Assembly (NCBI GenBank): GCA_048882485.1 | Contig: JBHLRP010000028.1 | Span: 1 to 40,826 of the forward strand | Reading direction: 5' to 3' | Length of the DNA: 40,826 nt | Origin: Candidatus Thorarchaeota archaeon | GTDB taxonomy: Archaea; Asgardarchaeota; Thorarchaeia; Thorarchaeales; Thorarchaeaceae | In this document: positions 1 to 8,153 of the stretch, one piece after another | Layout: every line of letters begins with the position of its first letter | How positions within the stretch are numbered: position 1 is the stretch's first letter | Program-made: the position numbers and the translations under genes | The notes under the pieces: model-generated | What the model was told of the DNA's origin: nothing | Databases searched by the model: none | The model's input: only the letters and a program-made list of their open reading frames with translations

Positions 1-134
1 GCGATCTTGCTTTCGGGTCTTCGTGTTTTCTCTGGAAATTCTGATTCATCCTTAACTAGCTTGACAGCTAATGGATAAGTAGAGGGTCGAAGAATTTCCT
101 CAATGGCTTTTCCGATATCTCTCCATGAATCCAT
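1..134 (-). CDS. DUF169-like protein, N-terminal part (runs off window edge)
   Basis: Manual translation from ATG at 134 gives MDSWRDIGKAIEEILRPSTYPLAVKLVKDESEFPEKTRRPESKI..., open to the edge. The 'T.P.AVKL...E.E.PE...RP' pattern resembles DUF169 N-termini. Not in the ORF track because it is truncated. Confidence 0.65.
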   Translation of the reverse strand, partial: MDSWRDIGKAIEEILRPSTYPLAVKLVKDESEFPEKTRRPESKI

Positions 135-565
135 TTCAACTAACCACATCTGAATTGCTTAATCTGCCGAAATATTTCTTTCGAGTTGTTTGGCATGAAA
201 ATGCTATGCTGGATAGGCTTGTTGATCTTCGAACTAGACAAACTGCAATGGATGAGTTCGACGACTCCTGAGCTATAGAGAATACCAAGAACATTCTCTC
301 TCCTTAATGCAACTGCAATAATACACTTCAATTTGTTGGAAAATTACTCTCAGGAGTTAATATTCCGCAGAAGACATGGCGAAATAATGCTATATTATGC
401 TAATTTCTGCAATTTCTGTCGCGTATCATCTCCCAATGGTTGATATTCAGGGAGAAAGCAGCATTGATTGCAATATGCTGTTCGCGCAATCAGCCATATG
501 CATTGTGTTGCATATACATTGCTTCTGAGAAAACTCTGAGAAGTCTGAGTTAGGAGGAGAAAGTA

Positions 566-3500
566 GTGTACGGAAGACAGGCGGTTCTTCTTATATCATT
601 GTTTGTCATGTCTATGTTCGTAATTGGAATTGCGTCTATGGAATGCGAACAAGACGACATTCTAGCCGAGAGTCCTCGGACTCCTGCAGACCCGGTCTTC
701 GAAGAAGCGCAAGAGCCACTTGAGAATATCTTCATTGATGACAATCTCGACTTTGAAACTCTAGGGTTCCCTGGAAATGGCAAGGAGCAGGATCCTTATA
801 TCATTGAGGGCTACGTCCTCGCCAATTCTGATTCGCATCTTATTCATGTTCAGGATACAACAGTCTACTTTGAGATTCGCAACTGCCAGCTCGATGGTCT
901 AACTCAGGACTATTATGGGATCTACCTACTTAATGTTCAGCACGCCAATGTATCCAGCAATGTGATACAGAACTGCAATGAAGGAATCTATCTCAATACG
1001 GTTGTTGACAGTTTGGTACAGGAGAACACTGTAGCCAATTGTCTGAACGGCGGGATTGTCCTCTTGCACTCGCATAGTATTGACATAAAGAACGATGTAT
1101 GCTCAGGAAACAGTTTCACAGGAATCTTCCTAGGCAGCTCAGATCAAATCACACTAATCAATAATCTCTGTTGGTGGAATGGCTACTCGGGGATATACCT
1201 GCATGCTTCTAGTTGGAACACACTAATTCAAAACACTTGCAACCATAATGCCATCGAGGGCATCTCCGTAACCGAGGGAAGCAACCACAACATCCTCGAG
1301 GGGAACATCGGCTCTGACAATCGCTATTATGGGATCTCTGTGGATGATAGTGCGTTCAATCAGCTTACTGGCAACCAAGTTGCAGGTTGTCCAACAGGCT
1401 TTCTTCTATATAATGTGGTGAACAACTCTCTGTCTGGGAACACTTTCGAATTTCCTAACCATGATGCTAGTCTTAATCAGATCTTTGGTTTCCACCTATC
1501 TTGGTGCTCCAATACCACTCTGTCGGGAAACACTATCAACATCCCCATCAGTGTTTCTGTCTTCGAGTCGATGGACGTCCATATCGCTGGTTTCTATCTC
1601 CAATGGTGTTCTAATGCCACCATAGCAGCAAACATCATTGACATATCGGTGAGCTTCTTCGGAGAGGGCTCATCCCACGTCTACGGCGTCATCATGCTTG
1701 AGTGTCACGACAGCAAGTTGACCGGGAACAGCGTCACGCTGGGATTCCAAGGCGATGTCTTTGGATATTACATGGGCATGCATTTGGAGTGGTCTAATCG
1801 CAACACGCTATCCGGAAACGATGTTGTCATATCAGCTGATAATCCGCCCAACGACTTTGAGGCGTTCTGTATTCGGCTAATCGAGTGCGCGGGAAATACT
1901 GTATCTGGAAACGTTGTCCTCTATAATGCCTCTGGACAGGTGGCAGGAATTTATCTGGGATGGAGTGATTATAACGAAGTGCATGGCAATACTGCTACTG
2001 GATGTGAAATTGGATTAGCATTACTGGGATGCGAAGACAACATCCTGTCAGGGAACTCGGTCGAATACTGCTACGCAAAAGGCATCAACCTCGTCGATTG
2101 TACACGCATCACCCTCTCTGACAACACAGCTCTAAATAGCCCCATTGGTTTCTGGCTCTTGAATAGCCATAATTCTACTCTCACAAGCAACACCGTAATG
2201 CCTGCAGCTCAAATTGACTCAGTCTATGGATTCTTCTTGATAGAAGCCTCCAACAACACAATGTCGGGGAACACCGTCAACATCGTAATGCCGAATATTC
2301 AAATTAACCCAGTCTATGGATTCATCTTGACAGAAGCCTGTAACAACACCCTATCGAGGAACATCGTCACTATCGCCATCCCCGGTGTCATCAGTGGTCA
2401 ATTCTGGATTAAGGGGTTCATTCTGACTGGGTGTCATAGCAATACTCTGTTGGGCAACCACATCCTCTTCCCCATGATTTCCGATACCATTTACGTTGAC
2501 GGCGAATTCTGGATTGAGGGGTTCGTTCTGTCTGGGTGTCATAACAATACTCTGTCGGACAACGGCATCGGCATCCAACCCGCGTTTTGGTCAACCATCT
2601 GCGTTCAATTTCTCGGTAGATTCTGGGTTGAGGGGTTCGTTCTGACTGGGTGTCATAATAATACTTTGTTGAACAACTACTTCGATATATACTGCTTCGT
2701 TAAAGTCATGGGCGACTTCTGGGTTGAGGGGTTCGTCCTGTCTGGGTGTCATAACAATACTCTGCTAGGCAACTACATCACAATCACTGCCATCGATATC
2801 CTCACTAACAACGGCTACCAATTCTTGGTTAAGGGGTTCGTTCTGTCTGGGTGTCATAATAACACTCTTTCAGGGAACGCCGTCTTCACCGACGTCTCCT
2901 TGAATGAACTCTGGTTCTTCCTGCTTGAGGGGTTCGTTCTGTCTGGGTGCCATAATAACACTCTATCAGGGAACGCCGTCTATATCGACGCCTATGGCGA
3001 CGTCAATATCGAGAGCTATGGCTTCTATCTCTCTGGGAGCCATAACACTACACTCACAGGAAATGAGGTTTCCATTTACATTGAAAATCCGAGTGGTGCC
3101 TTCGAAGGTTGTGGATACTGCTTATTCGAGTGCCAAAGCAATACATTGCTGAACAACTCAGTAGACCTTCAAGGCATCATCGATAATGGCGTTTTTAACG
3201 GATTTTCTTTGGAGTATTGCAATGCTAATATTATGACCAACAATATGGCCACGGGCAATAGCCATGGGTTTTATTTAGCTAGTTCTAGTAGTAATACCCT
3301 GATCAACAATAGCGCCACTAGTAATAGTATTGGATTCTATCTGGAATATACCCATGATAATATCCTGACCAATAATACAGCAGCCTGTAATTATCATGGG
3401 TGTTATTTGACGTTTTCCAGTGCTAATACCTTGATCAGTAATACGGTTACCAGTAGTAGTGCTTATGGGTTTAATTTGGATGATTCAGATGATAACATCC

Positions 3501-5647
3501 TAGACAATAATACGGCGGCTGTTAATCTTCTTGGGTTCCGATTGTCTGGTTCCAATGCTAATACCTTGACAAATAATACGGCCATCGATAACACTCAAGA
3601 TGGATTCTTTTTGTATGATTCCGGTGCTAATATTCTAGTCAATAATACTGCCACCAGTAATGGTCATATTATTGGTGAGCGTCATGGGTTCTATTTGTCG
3701 GAGTCCAGTGCCAATACCTTGACCAGCAATACCGCCACCAGTAATGATGGTGCTGGGTTTTATTTGTGGCGTTCCAGTGCTAATACCTTGACCAGCAATA
3801 CCGCCACCAGTAATGCTCAACATGGGTTTTATTTGTGGCGTTCCAGTGCTAATACCTTGACCAGCAATACCGCCACCAGTAATGACGATGCTGGATTTTA
3901 TTCGGAATCCTCCAATTTTAATACCTTGACTAGCAATACGGTCATCAGTAATCGTATGGGTTTCTTTTTGGAATCTTCCAATGCTACTACCTTTACCAGC
4001 AATACGGTCACCAGTAATTATTTGGGGTTTCTTTCGGTAGATTCCAGTGCTAATATATTAGCTAACAATACAGCCACCAGTAATTCTAATGCTGGGTATA
4101 TGATGACGCGTTGCAGTGCTAATTCTTTGACTAATAATACGGCCACATGTAATGGTATGGGGTTTATTTTATATTTGTCCCGTGATAATACCCTAGTTAA
4201 CAATACGGCCGCCAGCAATTTTTATGGGTTTCAATTGTCTGGTTCCGATGCTAATAGCTTGACCAGCAATACCGCCACAGGCAATTATTATGGGTTTTAT
4301 TTGGATCATTGCAGGAATGTAACAATTGATGGATTTGAGGGCGCTAGTAAGATTGAGGGACACAGTGGTGAGTTGGCAGGTATCTGGCTCCACAATTGTG
4401 ACAATGTTACAGTTCGGAATTACTGGATTATGGGCTTTGAAATTGGAATAGACATTCATAGATGCAGCAACGGCACAATTTGCGTCAACCACATAAGAAG
4501 CAATGGCATTGCGGTTTCTCTAGCCAGCACAACACTGATGACGATTGAGAGAAACATATTCACTGAGAACAACATTGCCCTTCAGGCTGACTTCTCATCT
4601 ATTGACAATAGCATCTATCTCAATCTCTTCATGAGCAACGTCCAGCAGATTTCAATTGCCCGTGCGAACACTTGGTTCTTCATCGACCCGTACTCCAACA
4701 AGCGTTTAGGCAATTATTGGAACAACTACTGGGGTATAGATGACGGAAGTGACGGGAGAGTTGAGGGCGATGGCATCGGAGACACCAATCTCCCGCATGA
4801 GGGAGTGGATGAGTATCCCCTTGTTGACCCATCGATTCCAATGGGACACGGAGGGCTGCCAGTGGGTGACGACTGGTGGATAGCTGCCTTATGTCTGGTC
4901 TGGAGTGGGGGATGGTCGCCTGTCGAGATCCAAGTCACTGATCCCCTCGGCAATGTCCTCAGCAGCACTACAAATGAGATTGGACTGAACGCATGGTACT
5001 TCGAGGAGACCCGACCTGACGGCACCATGAACGTCCTTGTCATGATTGTCGTCCCAGTCCCTCTGAACCCATATCCCCAGGAAGTCTTCTCCCTTGAGAT
5101 GGTAGCTCTGGAAGACTCCACCTACTCCATGGAGTGGTTTGTCAGCTATGGGGACTCGATCAGCGGGATTGGCGGTGAGGTCCTCTTCGAACGAAATGTG
5201 GAGGAAGCTCCGCTCACAGCCAGCCAAACACGACTAGTCGAAACGGAGATCAAGATGACTCCAGACGGTGTCGTCGTCGAGGCTGTGGCGGAGTACGACT
5301 TCAGTGGATTCCTAAAACCCATCAAGGAGGGTGGCACAAACAGGTTTCCGTATGGAATGTCGATCCCCATCAAGTTTGCGCTCTCTGACGACGAGGGTGA
5401 ACCTGTCAGTACCGCTCATGCCGTGCTCGAGTTGGCACTAGTGATAGATGGCGAGGTGGATGAGGATGACTACATGCCTGCGAATTCAACAGCGGCATCT
5501 AATGACGGCAATGTGTTCAGATATGACCCATTGAAGGAGCAGTACGTCTTCAACCTCGACACGATGGAGGTGGCTCCGGAGACCTACAGGCTGAGGATAA
5601 CGCTGGATGATGGACAGGTCTTCGAGGTCGACATCACGATAGTGTGA
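566..5647 (+). CDS. Large secreted right-handed parallel beta-helix (NosD/CASH-type repeat) protein with C-terminal PxKF-like Ig domain
   Basis: Hydrophobic N-terminal signal segment; AGGAGG upstream; 'G.G...DPYIIE' motif; dozens of GFxLxxSxxNTLxxN repeats; 'GNYWNNY...DG...GDGIGDT' NosD-type cap; C-terminal 'YDFSGFLKPI...SIPIKFAL'. Confidence 0.85.
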   Translation: MYGRQAVLLISLFVMSMFVIGIASMECEQDDILAESPRTPADPVFEEAQEPLENIFIDDNLDFETLGFPGNGKEQDPYIIEGYVLANSDSHLIHVQDTTVYFEIRNCQLDGLTQDYYGIYLLNVQHANVSSNVIQNCNEGIYLNTVVDSLVQENTVANCLNGGIVLLHSHSIDIKNDVCSGNSFTGIFLGSSDQITLINNLCWWNGYSGIYLHASSWNTLIQNTCNHNAIEGISVTEGSNHNILEGNIGSDNRYYGISVDDSAFNQLTGNQVAGCPTGFLLYNVVNNSLSGNTFEFPNHDASLNQIFGFHLSWCSNTTLSGNTINIPISVSVFESMDVHIAGFYLQWCSNATIAANIIDISVSFFGEGSSHVYGVIMLECHDSKLTGNSVTLGFQGDVFGYYMGMHLEWSNRNTLSGNDVVISADNPPNDFEAFCIRLIECAGNTVSGNVVLYNASGQVAGIYLGWSDYNEVHGNTATGCEIGLALLGCEDNILSGNSVEYCYAKGINLVDCTRITLSDNTALNSPIGFWLLNSHNSTLTSNTVMPAAQIDSVYGFFLIEASNNTMSGNTVNIVMPNIQINPVYGFILTEACNNTLSRNIVTIAIPGVISGQFWIKGFILTGCHSNTLLGNHILFPMISDTIYVDGEFWIEGFVLSGCHNNTLSDNGIGIQPAFWSTICVQFLGRFWVEGFVLTGCHNNTLLNNYFDIYCFVKVMGDFWVEGFVLSGCHNNTLLGNYITITAIDILTNNGYQFLVKGFVLSGCHNNTLSGNAVFTDVSLNELWFFLLEGFVLSGCHNNTLSGNAVYIDAYGDVNIESYGFYLSGSHNTTLTGNEVSIYIENPSGAFEGCGYCLFECQSNTLLNNSVDLQGIIDNGVFNGFSLEYCNANIMTNNMATGNSHGFYLASSSSNTLINNSATSNSIGFYLEYTHDNILTNNTAACNYHGCYLTFSSANTLISNTVTSSSAYGFNLDDSDDNILDNNTAAVNLLGFRLSGSNANTLTNNTAIDNTQDGFFLYDSGANILVNNTATSNGHIIGERHGFYLSESSANTLTSNTATSNDGAGFYLWRSSANTLTSNTATSNAQHGFYLWRSSANTLTSNTATSNDDAGFYSESSNFNTLTSNTVISNRMGFFLESSNATTFTSNTVTSNYLGFLSVDSSANILANNTATSNSNAGYMMTRCSANSLTNNTATCNGMGFILYLSRDNTLVNNTAASNFYGFQLSGSDANSLTSNTATGNYYGFYLDHCRNVTIDGFEGASKIEGHSGELAGIWLHNCDNVTVRNYWIMGFEIGIDIHRCSNGTICVNHIRSNGIAVSLASTTLMTIERNIFTENNIALQADFSSIDNSIYLNLFMSNVQQISIARANTWFFIDPYSNKRLGNYWNNYWGIDDGSDGRVEGDGIGDTNLPHEGVDEYPLVDPSIPMGHGGLPVGDDWWIAALCLVWSGGWSPVEIQVTDPLGNVLSSTTNEIGLNAWYFEETRPDGTMNVLVMIVVPVPLNPYPQEVFSLEMVALEDSTYSMEWFVSYGDSISGIGGEVLFERNVEEAPLTASQTRLVETEIKMTPDGVVVEAVAEYDFSGFLKPIKEGGTNRFPYGMSIPIKFALSDDEGEPVSTAHAVLELALVIDGEVDEDDYMPANSTAASNDGNVFRYDPLKEQYVFNLDTMEVAPETYRLRITLDDGQVFEVDITIV
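2192..2371 (+). repeat. Two tandem 90-bp (30-aa) intragenic repeats
   Basis: TVMPAAQIDSVYGFFLIEASNNTMSGNTVN / IVMPNIQINPVYGFILTEACNNTLSRNIVT; DNA similarity is visible (cgtaatgcc...tcaaatt...cagtctatggattc). Confidence 0.8.
2402..2974 (+). repeat. Six conserved 57-bp in-frame repeats separated by unique 39-57-bp spacers
   Basis: Units start at 2402, 2507, 2621, 2717, 2822 and 2918; consensus ttctgggttgaggggttcgttctgtctgggtgtcataacaatactctg... (FWVEGFVLSGCHNNTLxGN). Confidence 0.9.
3686..3892 (+). repeat. Three near-identical 69-bp (23-aa) tandem repeats within a longer 66-69-bp repeat tract
   Basis: GFYLWRSSANTLTSNTATSN repeated; 3754-3815 is identical to 3823-3884. Confidence 0.9.
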
Positions 5648-5802
5648 ATAGGTTGTTCTACACCTTGATATAGCCCACAACCTCTCCAAGCTATAGAGAA
5701 TACCTGTGTCTATCTAGAAAGTCCTGTTTCTTGGCAGGATTCCAGCTCGACCAAGATTGCAAATAGATATGGTGAATACCGAAGAATCACACCAATTGGA
5801 TT

Positions 5803-7284
5803 CTAGGAAACTATCACATCTGGAAACGTGGACACAACTATGTCATTGAGATACCTCATGCTCGGTGACTCTGCTGCCTTCAGGACCTCCTTCAACAACT
5901 TCCTGACCTCATCATATCGCCCTTGTTTCTGACTAAGCTTCGCCTTGAGAATCATTGCCCGAGCAGCGATTCCTGGATAATCATTCTTGCCAATGTGTTC
6001 GTTCAGCTTATCCATCCAAGGTCCTGAAGAGTCAATGTTCGCCTGCAATGACTCTTTTGGGAGCATCTCGATTTCAATTTCTGTAAGATTGAGAAGACAG
6101 ACGCTACGCCGAAGAGGATCGACAGTGGTATTGAGGACACGCACAAAGGTTTGAACTGCATTATCGTACCTCTTCTCAGATTTGTCAAGAATGCCCTCAA
6201 TCAAATCTAAGAGGACAAGCATTGCAGTATCTCCAGCTAATGGAGCCAATTTTCTAGCTTTACTAATTTCAGCTTCTGCCTCTTCATTCCGACCAAGATT
6301 AATTAAAGCCCATGCTTTTTGTGCATGTGCATATGAAACCCATCTTCTACGAGAATCAATAGTTCCGATCGCGGTTTCAACGAATTCCAATGCTTTCTCG
6401 CCGTTTCCACTAACATTGAAAAAATAGGCGATTACGGAGTTCACTCCAGTTGTCGGATAAGAGATTGACTCCCAAACTGTTCGGCCTTGAAGATTGTGTT
6501 CGATTGCGGCATCCAATTCTCCTCTTACTCCCATGATTCCTCCCAATTGATGCTGAACTGAAGCAAGACCCTCTTTGTAATCAAGTTGCTCGCTCAACGA
6601 TTTTGCCGAGTACAAGATATCGGTTCCGCGCTTCATATCTGTAATCTTGGTTCTGAAGGCCAAGAGAGGAAGCAAATCAGCAACCATAATCTGATCGTCA
6701 TACTTTCTCGCTAACACAAGTGCTTGGTTGCAAGTGTCAATAAACACCTGGTCATTGCCTTCTCGACGGAGTTTCGGGAGTTGGATTCTAAGAAGATACG
6801 CTTTGAGGTACTCCAAATCCTTATCCTCTCTCACACCTTCAATGAGTGTTTCAATAGGGCTCACATCAGTGTCACATTCAGGAAAATCCTCTTCAGCACT
6901 TGTTCTCCACAACAGGTAGAGATGGCCTGCAATCCAATCGTTAGGGGCTGCCTTGATTGCTTTTTGAATGGATTGCTTCATCTCATCCCAAGTGACCCTC
7001 TGCCCCCGCCGGTTCTTGCTTTGTAGCAAGAAAGGGTCTGACATTTCAGATATCTTTCCCGCCCTCTCTAGAGTGTTAAGTATATTGTACTCGCAAATCA
7101 TGTAAGCAAAAAAGGATGCTAGATATTCTGCCAATGGAGTTGTAGATTCAGAACATACTCTGCTGGAGAGGCGTCTTGCGAAATCACCAAAGTCCTCTGC
7201 CTCTTCCATCACTGATTGTAGGACGGCTCGTGTTTCGTCATCGACATGTGGAAGACAGATTGTTATTGTCCCGAGCGGTTTCAC
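5803..7284 (-). CDS. TPR-like alpha-helical repeat protein
   Basis: Long ORF with TPR-like helices (LGGIMGVRGELDAAIEHNLQG; AWALINLGRNEEAEAEISKARKL). Likely start is GTG at 7284 (MKPLGTITI...) after GAGG, rather than the ORF-track start at 7335. Confidence 0.75.
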   Translation of the reverse strand: MKPLGTITICLPHVDDETRAVLQSVMEEAEDFGDFARRLSSRVCSESTTPLAEYLASFFAYMICEYNILNTLERAGKISEMSDPFLLQSKNRRGQRVTWDEMKQSIQKAIKAAPNDWIAGHLYLLWRTSAEEDFPECDTDVSPIETLIEGVREDKDLEYLKAYLLRIQLPKLRREGNDQVFIDTCNQALVLARKYDDQIMVADLLPLLAFRTKITDMKRGTDILYSAKSLSEQLDYKEGLASVQHQLGGIMGVRGELDAAIEHNLQGRTVWESISYPTTGVNSVIAYFFNVSGNGEKALEFVETAIGTIDSRRRWVSYAHAQKAWALINLGRNEEAEAEISKARKLAPLAGDTAMLVLLDLIEGILDKSEKRYDNAVQTFVRVLNTTVDPLRRSVCLLNLTEIEIEMLPKESLQANIDSSGPWMDKLNEHIGKNDYPGIAARAMILKAKLSQKQGRYDEVRKLLKEVLKAAESPSMRYLNDIVVSTFPDVIVS

Positions 7285-7336
7285 TCTTGGAGGCCTCAGA
7301 CTTTCAAAAACAGAATCATACTGTTGACCTTTCAAA

Positions 7337-7495
7337 TCAGTCTTTTGGCATTCTGTTAGTAAGGTGACAAATCAAGTCAATATCCAGTAATAATGTGTAT
7401 CTATGCCTGTCCAGAAACTCCTGCTTCTTAGCGGGATTCCAAGAACTCCAGCTCTGGAGATACCCGCACCCAAAATAGTCTGATGACTCTTCCAT
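7337..7495 (-). pseudogene. 52-aa ORF carrying the NrdD glycyl-radical tail (gene remnant or stand-alone peptide)
   Basis: ATG at 7495 gives MEESSDYFGCGYLQSWSSWNPAKKQEFLDRHRYTLLLDID...; homology to NrdD starts at the GYL motif. Expression unknown. Confidence 0.5.
7394..7465 (-). repeat. Diverged second copy of the nrdD 3' end (direct repeat of 8160-8231)
   Basis: 7394-7441 vs 8160-8207 match at 45/48 nt and all three differences are synonymous. Encodes GYLQSWSSWNPAKKQEFLDRHRYT versus GYLQAYASWNPAKKQEFLDRHRYT. Confidence 0.92.
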
Positions 7496-7541
7496 TTTCC
7501 GCGGAAGCTGGCACAAATCGGTCGAGTATCTATTGGATCTT

Positions 7542-8084
7542 TCAATCTCCAGTTCTAATAATCTCAATTGGACCTCTCGCATTACAGTACTCACAGAAGT
7601 AGGTCATGTCTTCTTGTACAGCAGTCAGATCAATGCTACCCTGTTCGCAATTGGGACACTGTACATGTTCAGAGACTCTTCGAAGGAGAGAAAGTTCAAC
7701 TGACCCTTCATTGAGTCTTGAGTCCTTTGGCGTTCTTTGTCTGGCAGCTAGACCCTCTCTCACCTCATAGAACATGTAGCAAAGAAAAGGGATTAAGGCA
7801 ACAAACACTGCAATCAGTAATGGTCGCTGAGCTTCCAAGGAGGGGGTAGCGCCCGGCGTGGCAACTAAGAGGACTAAAATTACTGGCCAGATGACAATAA
7901 TCCAATAAGCACAACTCATTGCTTGAGCTGATTTCGCCCTAGCACATTCCTTGGAGCAAAAATCACCAGTTTGCGATTGCACCCACTCATTGCTCTCCAA
8001 TGTGCCACACCAGCTGCATCGGATGGCCAGAGAGGTATCTACTGCCACATATAGCTTTGGCGAGCGTGTTTCTTCGTTCAACAC
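7542..8084 (-). CDS. Two-TM membrane protein with N- and C-terminal Zn-ribbon motifs
   Basis: CSWC...FCSKEC, two hydrophobic helices, CPNC...CEYC; strong GAGGAG RBS. Confidence 0.75.
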   Translation of the reverse strand: MLNEETRSPKLYVAVDTSLAIRCSWCGTLESNEWVQSQTGDFCSKECARAKSAQAMSCAYWIIVIWPVILVLLVATPGATPSLEAQRPLLIAVFVALIPFLCYMFYEVREGLAARQRTPKDSRLNEGSVELSLLRRVSEHVQCPNCEQGSIDLTAVQEDMTYFCEYCNARGPIEIIRTGD

Positions 8085-8153
8085 TCCTCCTCATTCAACT
8101 CGGGGTTTTTTGGCGTTAAAAGGATTGATCAAATTCGCCTAGTTCGCTAGTGA

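Noticed and set aside
140-331. 63-aa minus-strand ORF
   Set aside because: No recognisable motif or RBS; it lies in the divergent promoter region.
455-552. Short palindromes and three TCTGAG copies upstream of the beta-helix gene
   Set aside because: Too short and irregular to call an operator without comparative data.
2402-2974. True CRISPR array
   Set aside because: Repeats are 57 bp and imperfect, all periods are multiples of 3 within an open frame, and there are no cas genes or leader.
7496-7594. N-terminal extension of the 85-aa ORF
   Set aside because: Overlaps the 3' end of the Zn-ribbon gene in another frame and shows no NrdD similarity.
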